Source: Macrostomum lignano
Lineage: Eukaryota
Direction of reading: 5' to 3'
Assembly: GCA_002269645.1 (NCBI GenBank)
Contig: NIVC01004833.1
Location: 1-33,853, forward strand
DNA length: 33,853 nucleotides
Under the pieces are notes generated by a model, which was not told the DNA's origin, searched no databases, and saw only the letters and a program-made list of their open reading frames with translations. The first letter of the stretch is position 1. Each line of letters begins with the position of its first letter. A program made the translations under genes and the position numbers. This document shows, piece by piece, positions 11,424-18,236 of this stretch.

Positions 11424-12266
11424 TCCGCTGGTCTCTACTGACAGTAGTTTCGGGTGAAAACAACAGCCTATTTACAGTCTCTGCTGGTCTCTACTGACAG
11501 TAGTTTCGGGTGAAAACAACAGCCTATTTACAGTCTCTGCTGGTCTCTACTGACAGTAGTTTCGGGTGAAAACAACAGCCTATTTACAGTCTCTGCTGGT
11601 CTCTACTGACAGTAGTTTCGGGTGAAAACAACAGCCTATTTACAGTCTCTGCTGGTCTCTACTGACAGTAGTTTCGGGTGAAAACAACAGCCTATTTACA
11701 GTCTCTGCTGGTCTCTACTGACAGTAGTTTCGGGTGAAAACAACAGCCTTTTTACAGTCTCTGCTGGTCTCTACTGACAGTAGTTTCGGGTGAAAACAAC
11801 AGCCTATTTACAGTCTCTGCTGGTCTCTACTGACAGTAGTTTCGGGTGAAAACAACAGCCTATTTACAGTCTCTGCTGGTCTCTACTGACAGTAGTTTCG
11901 GGTGAAAACAACAGCCTATTTACAGTCTCTGCTGGTCTCTACTGACAGTAGTTTCGGGTGAAAACAACAGCCTATTTACAGTCTCTGCTGGTCTCTACTG
12001 ACAGTAGTTTCGGGTGAAAACAACAGCCTTTTTACAGTCTCTGCTGGTCTCTACTGACAGTAGTTTCGGGTGAAAACAACAGCCTTTTTACAGTCTCTGC
12101 TGGTCTCTACTGACAGTAGTTTCGGGTGAGAACAACAGCCTTTTTACAGTCTCTGCTGGTCTCTACTGACAGTAGTTTCGGGTGAGAACAACAGCCTTTT
12201 TACAGTCTCTGCTGGTCTCTACTGACAGTAGTTTCGGGTGAAAACAACAGCCTATTTACAGTCTCT
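11424..12266 (+). repeat. 56-bp minisatellite, about 15 near-identical copies, just 3' of the PDP stop codon
   Basis: GTCTCTACTG recurs at 11431, 11487 and onward. Unit: CTCTGCTGGTCTCTACTGACAGTAGTTTCGGGTGAAAACAACAGCCTATTTACAGT. Confidence 0.96.
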
Positions 12267-12319
12267 CCAAGATTTCAATTCACACCAAAAAGGCAGGTTG
12301 GCGCCGGCTCTTCGAAACG

Positions 12320-12325
12320 AATAAA
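12320..12325 (+). terminator. Candidate polyadenylation signal (AATAAA) for the PDP gene
   Basis: First AATAAA I found after the PDP stop codon; it lies beyond the 56-bp array. Confidence 0.4.
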
Positions 12326-13451
12326 TAATCTGCTCGCTCTCCGTTGCCACCCCGGCGCTCTGGCAAGGATTTGCTAAGAAGGATTTCCCCCTTTGTGCTT
12401 CTCTGCTTTCCTGTAATTTTTTTTTCACGTGCTCGCTAATCTCCTTAGCTATTCGAGGCTGGAATTCTGTATCCGGCTGCCTTGAATTTTGTCTGCTTTT
12501 TAGTTGCTTTTAGAGCAGCGGAGGCACTCGGCTGATTGCCGCCCCCCGCAGAGGCCTCTGGGCCCGCACTCTGTCTGATAACTTTGCTTTATTAGCAACT
12601 TACCTAATTGTCCAACGCGGGGTCAGCTCTCTGTGTGCTCACGCTGACTCTCAGTTCTCTCATACTGCTGGAAGTAGCCTGTCCGCTATGTTCCAGTGCC
12701 AGCCGCCTGCTAAAGTACAGATAACATCTTCACAGCAGTCTGTAATGTGTTGCCTGCATTGCTCATGTGCGCTGCCTGTTTTATAACTGTAAGTCTGCTC
12801 TGTCCGCCTACCCGCCTGTTCGTCTCATTCATTTTGTCTGCCGGCATGAAATTAATAAATTAAAAAAAATGAAATATTAAAAATTCTTGTTTCTAGCTTG
12901 AAGATCCATATTTTAAATGCAATAAATGCTAATTTGAGCAATAAAATTGTCTTGACTGATTATTTTACTAAGAGAGAGTTCATAGCCCGAGGCAAGGGTC
13001 AATTAGAGAAATCTCTCTACCCATTAGTCTGCGGGGGCTTCCCATCAGCGTCAGTTCTATTTTTTTCTGTACAGCCGGGGTCGCACCGGTTTTGGCCTGT
13101 ATTGTTGCTATTCAATAGGTGCTGTGCGGCGGCACTGTGCTTTATGCTCACTCAGTTCCAAGTTGTGACGTCCAATGCAAAAATAGACACTTCAGGCACT
13201 CGGCTCGGTCGTGTGTGAGCGCTCTTAGATGGAGCTACGCTCGAACTGCTCGAACTGGTGTCTAAAATTAGATACTCGTCATGACTCGCAGTAAGATGAC
13301 TCTGCCCAGCTGGCTGGCAGGCCCCATCACCCGCGCCGAGTCTCACTCGGGTGCTGCTGACGCTGCAGTCGCCCTGCCGGCGAGGACAGGCGCAAACTCT
13401 GCGTTTCGTCGAATGACTGGGAGGGAAATTCAGGCAGCTCAACTGAAAACG

Positions 13452-13687
13452 CGTCATTTGGGGTTGGTTTGTGCCCGAAAATCGACCGGTGGCTGTCTTG
13501 CGATTCACGCCAATGAGGGCCAGGTCACAAGGCACAGAACACATGCCTTACGATTAGAAAGTCAAGAGCCGCCGTACACCCTGTGTGAGCGAGTGCATGG
13601 GTGCGTGCTTGCGTACAGTATTAGCGGCCCTTGTATGTGCTCAGGAGTCAGCGGAATGGGCAGAATTGCCCCAGCGTACTGGTTGCG
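13452..13687 (-). repeat. Dispersed repeat, copy 1 (homologous to 17614-17777, inverted)
   Basis: A block of about 55 bp (CAACCAGTACGCTGGGGCA.TTCTGCCCATTCCGCTGAC.CCTGAGCACATA) is nearly identical. Further shared blocks are TGACTTTCTAATC, GCATGTG, TCTGTGCCTT and GGCCCTCAT..GTGAAT. This copy has an extra insertion of about 60 bp. Confidence 0.8.
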
Positions 13688-14130
13688 AGCCGGTGTCGCT
13701 GAAGGCGTTGCGCCTTGGAGCCCGCAGCCCCTCCTGCAGCAACATGTTAATGACGCCGCTCTGCGTCAGTTGATGCTCGCGGCAACGGCTTAGTTAACAA
13801 GGCCTGAGTTCCATACAGACAAACTTTGCCTTCTCTTTTTAGTTGCACTGACACCGTTTGGACGGCAGCTTCTAGTGGGTGTGTGGGTGCAATTTGGTTC
13901 GTGGGTGCAAATTTCCATGTTGAACTCAAATTCAGCAAAATGTTTCGGGTTGTCAGAGATGACAGGATTTGACAACATTTTGACATTGTATTTTAGATTA
14001 ATAGCGGTAGAGAAGACGAAACGGATTAGGGGAATAGTACAAGTGAGATTGTGAGTCAAATCGCAGCCTCTGCAGCTGCATCTCGCAGGTGTTCAAGTTT
14101 ATTTTTAACTCTCCAAAACAAATATTTGAG

Positions 14131-15030
14131 TCAGCGACGTCTCCACGAGTCCTGCGCAGCTCCCGCCCACTGCTGCCGCCCGCCCATGGTGACGTTGAGC
14201 CTGTTGTCGTCCCCGACGATGTTGAGCAGGCCTCCGTTCTGGTTCACCCCGCCGCAGTCCAGCAGGTCGGCTTCGCTGCCGCCGGCCTCCCTCCCCAGTC
14301 TGGACCGCGGGCCGCACGCCTCGACCGTCTGCTCGGTTCGCAGGCTGGCCATCGAGTTCCATCGGCCGTTGGGCTGGTGCTCGGGCCGGCAGAGCCGCAG
14401 CTCCGGCTGGGCCGCCGACTCCGCGGTGTTGACAGTCGCCGGATTCGCCCCGGCGCTGCTTCTGGCCGGCGGAATCGGCATCTGCCGGAACTCCCAGAAC
14501 AGCGACTTCAGCTCCGCCAGGGCGAAACGCCGCGGCTTTGTCTCAACGCAGCTGAGCAGCTCCGCCTCCCTCTCCAGCAGCTCCTGCCGGGACTTCACTT
14601 TCCTCCGCTCCAGAAACTTCACGAGCTGCCGGTCCGTGTTGGCCGCCTTCAGCGAGTTTCTCCAGCGCTTCTTCGCCGGCTTTTCTTCGAGGGCCTCCTC
14701 CCAGCCGCTGCTGTAGGCGCTCTCGCCGCGGTTCCAAAGCTTGGCGTTGTCCAGCACCTTCAGGAGCTCGTTGTGGGAGAAGCGCTGCCTCCGAGACCCG
14801 GCTCGGTCGATGATGCTCTTGCGATGCTCGACCAGCTGCTGCACATCCGTGACCTGCTGCACCTCGATGAAGTAGTCCCGCAGGCACCTGCGCGTTTTTT
14901 GTCTCTTAAAAAAGGTCACGAGATCCTGGCTGACCGGCCGGCTGCCGATTTCCGCATAGCCGCTCTCGCCTGAGACCCGCGGCAGTTGCGGGTTTCTGAG
15001 GCGGACTGGAAAATCGCTCAGTTCGGACAT
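14131..15030 (-). CDS. G1: intronless 299-aa protein of unknown family; two tandem 81-aa repeats of a basic helical domain plus a C-terminal RHIM-like motif
   Basis: ATG to TGA, GC-rich and non-repetitive. TATAAAAA at 15102-15109 (-) and AATAAA at 14098-14103 (-). Shares motifs with G2-G4. Confidence 0.8.
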   Translation of the reverse strand: MSELSDFPVRLRNPQLPRVSGESGYAEIGSRPVSQDLVTFFKRQKTRRCLRDYFIEVQQVTDVQQLVEHRKSIIDRAGSRRQRFSHNELLKVLDNAKLWNRGESAYSSGWEEALEEKPAKKRWRNSLKAANTDRQLVKFLERRKVKSRQELLEREAELLSCVETKPRRFALAELKSLFWEFRQMPIPPARSSAGANPATVNTAESAAQPELRLCRPEHQPNGRWNSMASLRTEQTVEACGPRSRLGREAGGSEADLLDCGGVNQNGGLLNIVGDDNRLNVTMGGRQQWAGAAQDSWRRR

Positions 15031-15315
15031 GATCGCCGAGATGGTTCGCTGCTTGGCTACGTGGCGGTTCTGAGTCTTGGCTGGCTGGCTGCTTCGTCAT
15101 ATTTTTATATCTTGGGTTCATTCCGCATTATAGTGCCTCCCCCTAAAATATCTGTGACTAATAATACCCTCTAAGTGGGCTTTTGTTGTCACAATGTACA
15201 GTGCAGACTCGTGCACAATGCCCGGCATAATTTTGTATATTTAAAATAGAGCTGGCAGACAGATGCGCCTCCATAGTTTTGCCCAGAACCGCCGCTTCAT
15301 CCAAGCAGCTCAGAG
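15031..15315. promoter_or_regulatory. 285-bp divergent intergenic region and probable bidirectional promoter between G1 and G2
   Basis: Head-to-head ATGs. TATA-like elements on both strands (15102-15109 -, about 15236-15248 +). An inverted homologous leader block lies at 15048-15072 (-) and 15284-15309 (+). Confidence 0.6.
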
Positions 15316-16224
15316 ATGAGTGACGTGAGTAGGGCGATTCAGTCCTGGCAGGGCGACGCGCGGGTGAAGAAGTTCATCATCAAGTCCTGCCCGAAGGGCG
15401 ACAGCCTCGGCCAGTTCCTCCGGGATGAGAATCTGCGAAGTCTCAACAAGAAAATTGCCAAACAGAAAAATGCGAAATTCGCTATTAAAGATGTTGACGC
15501 GGCTGTGAACCATCTCAGGGACAGCTGGGCTGCCAAGATGTCGCAAGCCGCACGAGCGGAGCCGGGCTACGATAGCCTCGCCGAATCCGGCGGCCGAGCG
15601 GAGTCGGGCTACGATAGCCTCGCCGAATCCCCCTGCCGCAGCTCAGCCTCTGAAGCCAGCGCCACCCAGACTTGCAGAAGCGTCTCCTCTCTGGCCAACC
15701 GGCCGCTGCCGCCAGTGCCATCAGAGCGGCGGGACTCCGACCGCGGCTACCAGACTCAGTCAGGCAGCCTGTCTGATGAGGACTCGCAGGCTGCCGGAGC
15801 TGCAGCAGCCCTAGCTGCGACCGCGGAGCCGAGCGTCCAGCCTCCGCGGCCGCAGCCGAGACGCTCTGCAGTCAGGGTGAGTCACAATGATGCCGCGAGC
15901 AGCTCCTGCGGTGCCGCCGAGGCTGCCGAGCAGCTGGTGGCGGACTCTGAGCAGGACTCGGCTGGCCGCACCTGGTCGGAGGCCGCGGCAGTCAGAGCTC
16001 CGCAGGCCCGGCCGCGGCTCAGCTTGGCCCGTCGTTCCAGCGAGACTCGTGGCGGCGATGACGCGTCCAGCCTCTCGGGACCCGCCGCCACCGCTGCGGC
16101 CCCGCCATCGAGCGGTCGGACGCCGGTCTGCCAGAACGGCTTCTTCAACATCCACGGCGGCAAAAACGAGATCGATGTCGACCTGGAGGCTGTGAAAATG
16201 TTGATGGACTTCAAATCGAAATGA
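15316..16224 (+). CDS. G2: intronless 302-aa protein of unknown family (helical N-domain, duplicated E[SP]GYDS motif, RPLPPVP, C-terminal RHIM-like motif)
   Basis: ATG to TGATGA with AATAAA at 16283 and 16292. The N-terminus aligns with G3 (WQGD..VKKF); the C-terminal motif aligns with G1. Confidence 0.85.
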   Translation: MSDVSRAIQSWQGDARVKKFIIKSCPKGDSLGQFLRDENLRSLNKKIAKQKNAKFAIKDVDAAVNHLRDSWAAKMSQAARAEPGYDSLAESGGRAESGYDSLAESPCRSSASEASATQTCRSVSSLANRPLPPVPSERRDSDRGYQTQSGSLSDEDSQAAGAAAALAATAEPSVQPPRPQPRRSAVRVSHNDAASSSCGAAEAAEQLVADSEQDSAGRTWSEAAAVRAPQARPRLSLARRSSETRGGDDASSLSGPAATAAAPPSSGRTPVCQNGFFNIHGGKNEIDVDLEAVKMLMDFKSK

Positions 16225-16784
16225 TGACCTTCTGATTCATATTTTGCACTGCTCAATTGGTCATTTTTTCTCTGTAAAATGAAATAAAAACAATAAATCT
16301 TTTCGCGCGATATCTTTTCAAAAATATATTCGAATAACCTCATTGAAATAGTTGATCATCGTTTTTTTATTTCTGAGATCCGAATTGGATTGTAAAGTTT
16401 CTGTTGTCCTTGCATTTCGTTAACCTTGCCGTGCTGGCGCTGGCCTCGATGCAGTAAGAGTTTGCAAAATAGTCAAGGCTATTTTTAGAAACCATTGTTG
16501 GGAATTTCAAACAGAAGAGCTAATAGTGTCTAATAGAGGCACAACCCTTTTGCCCAACCCAACCCAACCCTTCTGACCAACCCCAAATGTTTATTCAGGC
16601 ACCTGACGTCAGGGCCTATTAGGTAGGTGCGAATGTCAAGGTACTTTTGTAATTTTTTTTTATTCCTGACAATGTTTATTCCGTGTTATTGGAACTGCGG
16701 CCTACGGTTCTGTGCTTATTAAATGATATGACAACCCGCAGCCAGCGGCTACCTCGTATTAAATTTTTTTGCTCCTGATACACT

Positions 16785-16791
16785 TATAAAT
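16785..16791 (+). promoter_or_regulatory. TATA-box-like element upstream of G3
   Basis: TATAAAT 41 nt upstream of the G3 ATG. Confidence 0.45.
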
Positions 16792-16825
16792 GCGCTGCAG
16801 ACTTTCCAGTACTTAGCGCTCGGAC

Positions 16826-17560
16826 ATGCCAAGCCAGGTGGTCCAGGAGATTCGCTGCTGGCAGGGCGACCCAGCCGTCAAAAAGTTCGAGTCCGCCTGC
16901 TCGAAGTCGACCAGCCTGCAGGCGTTCTTCAGCGAGCGCAAGGATCAGCGACTATTGAAGAAGTTCCACGATCAGAAGCCGCAGAAGTTCGAGCGCAACC
17001 AGCTGCTAGATGCCCTGCAGCACCTCCGGAACTGCCTGAGTCAGCGGCAACAGCGCGAGAACGCCACCGGAAGCGCCGCCGGAAGCGCCGCCAGAAGCGC
17101 CGCCGGAAGCGCCGCCGGAAGCGCCGCCGGAAGCGCCGCCGGAAGCGCCGCCGGAAGCGCCGCCGGAAGCGCCATCGGAAGCGTCGAAACCGGCTACTGC
17201 AGCGTGAGCACCAGCTCAAGTCTTCCCTTGGACGCAGCTGCCGACCCATCGCTCGGTGGGCCCGCGGCCTCCGTTCTCAGCCCGGTGGATCCGCAGCCGG
17301 CCGAGCCTGTCTACGACGAGCTGTACCCGCGCCGGCGGCTCCCTGCGGCACCAGCAGCTGTTGAAGCGCCGAAGCCGCGGTCTCGCGCCTCCCTGGCGAC
17401 GCCTGGCGCCAATCTGGTGGGCTGCGCCTCGCCAACTCCGCCGGTGCCGGCGCCGCGAGCCTCGAGTGACGCGCGCTGGCGGCAGAGCAGCGGCATCAAT
17501 ATTTCTATAACTTGTCCTGTCCAGCTGCAGACTGAGTGTTATCAAGGACGACTGAACTAA
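16826..17560 (+). CDS. G3: intronless 244-aa paralog of G2 with a (GSAA)n linker
   Basis: ATG to TAA. The N-domain aligns with G2; contains ETGYCS, EPVYDELY and C-terminal RQSSGINISI. Confidence 0.83.
   Translation: MPSQVVQEIRCWQGDPAVKKFESACSKSTSLQAFFSERKDQRLLKKFHDQKPQKFERNQLLDALQHLRNCLSQRQQRENATGSAAGSAARSAAGSAAGSAAGSAAGSAAGSAAGSAIGSVETGYCSVSTSSSLPLDAAADPSLGGPAASVLSPVDPQPAEPVYDELYPRRRLPAAPAAVEAPKPRSRASLATPGANLVGCASPTPPVPAPRASSDARWRQSSGINISITCPVQLQTECYQGRLN
17069..17182 (+). repeat. 12-bp coding tandem repeat (GGAAGCGCCGCC; GSAA about x9) within G3
   Basis: In-frame repeat between the N-domain and the ETGYCS motif. Confidence 0.9.
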
Positions 17561-17613
17561 GGAGGAAGAGACACTTAGAGGAAAATAGTAGTATTTGCAG
17601 CAGGACAGTCCCA

Positions 17614-17777
17614 CAACCAGTACGCTGGGGCAGTTCTGCCCATTCCGCTGACCCCTGAGCACATAGAAGTCCTGACTTTCTAATCATCAAGCATGTGCGC
17701 TCGTCTGTGCCTTTGGGGGGGGGGTTGGCCCTCATGGTTGTGAATTGCGCGAAAACCATACACAAAGCCCCAAGTGA
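17614..17777 (+). repeat. Dispersed repeat, copy 2, starting about 50 nt after the G3 stop codon
   Basis: Homologous to 13452-13687 in inverted orientation (see copy 1). Confidence 0.8.
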
Positions 17778-18236
17778 ACGTGGCCAGGGTGATGCGAGGG
17801 TCAGACGCCAAAATGATTTACAAGGAGTGAATATTTCGCAGCCCGAATTCCAGTGGAATTTATTTATTCTTAATCTTCTACTTAAGCTGCTCTTAGCTAT
17901 CATATCCCTGATTTTTAAGCCAAATTATTAGAGTCAAATTCATCTTATTGACAGCCTGTCACCTCACGGTTCGTGTAAATCAATTGTTCAAGTATAGCAG
18001 ATGTTGAATTGCCATGCAGTTTCATGCGATCTTGCCTGTCCCGTTTGCAGATCTTTTCAGTAGTTTTTGCAGTTCATTTTTTTCAATTTAAGCGTAGTTT
18101 TAATAAGGCACTTAGTAAGCCGCCCTTACTAGTCAGTGTCTAATTATAGACCTATTGTACATTTAGTAATTTGCACGAGCGTACAGCCTAAAAATGCCGA
18201 GCGCTCTCCCTTACAGCCGCACCGACAGCCATCGCG

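Noticed and set aside
230-12266. Long repetitive ORFs (REQRAGSV, DPSVSSLP, RDEGGNENPV, ESGDPRVA, DSPLPTANPVL and similar) as repeat proteins
   Set aside because: They coincide with DNA minisatellites whose period is a multiple of 3, are open in several frames or strands at once, mostly lack ATG starts, and several lie inside well-supported introns.
11424-12266. 56-bp and other arrays as CRISPR arrays
   Set aside because: No unique spacers (units are contiguous and near-identical), no cas genes, and the context is eukaryotic and intron-containing.
14485-14970. G1 N-terminal repeats as Z-alpha domains (ZBP1 analogue)
   Set aside because: The N-x-x-L-Y recognition helix and the P-P-x-W wing are not present; only the architecture is similar.
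12371-16510. kappaB-like sites (GGATTTCCCC near 12381, GGGAATTTC near 16500)
   Set aside because: Imperfect matches, not positioned consistently relative to G1-G4, and expected by chance.
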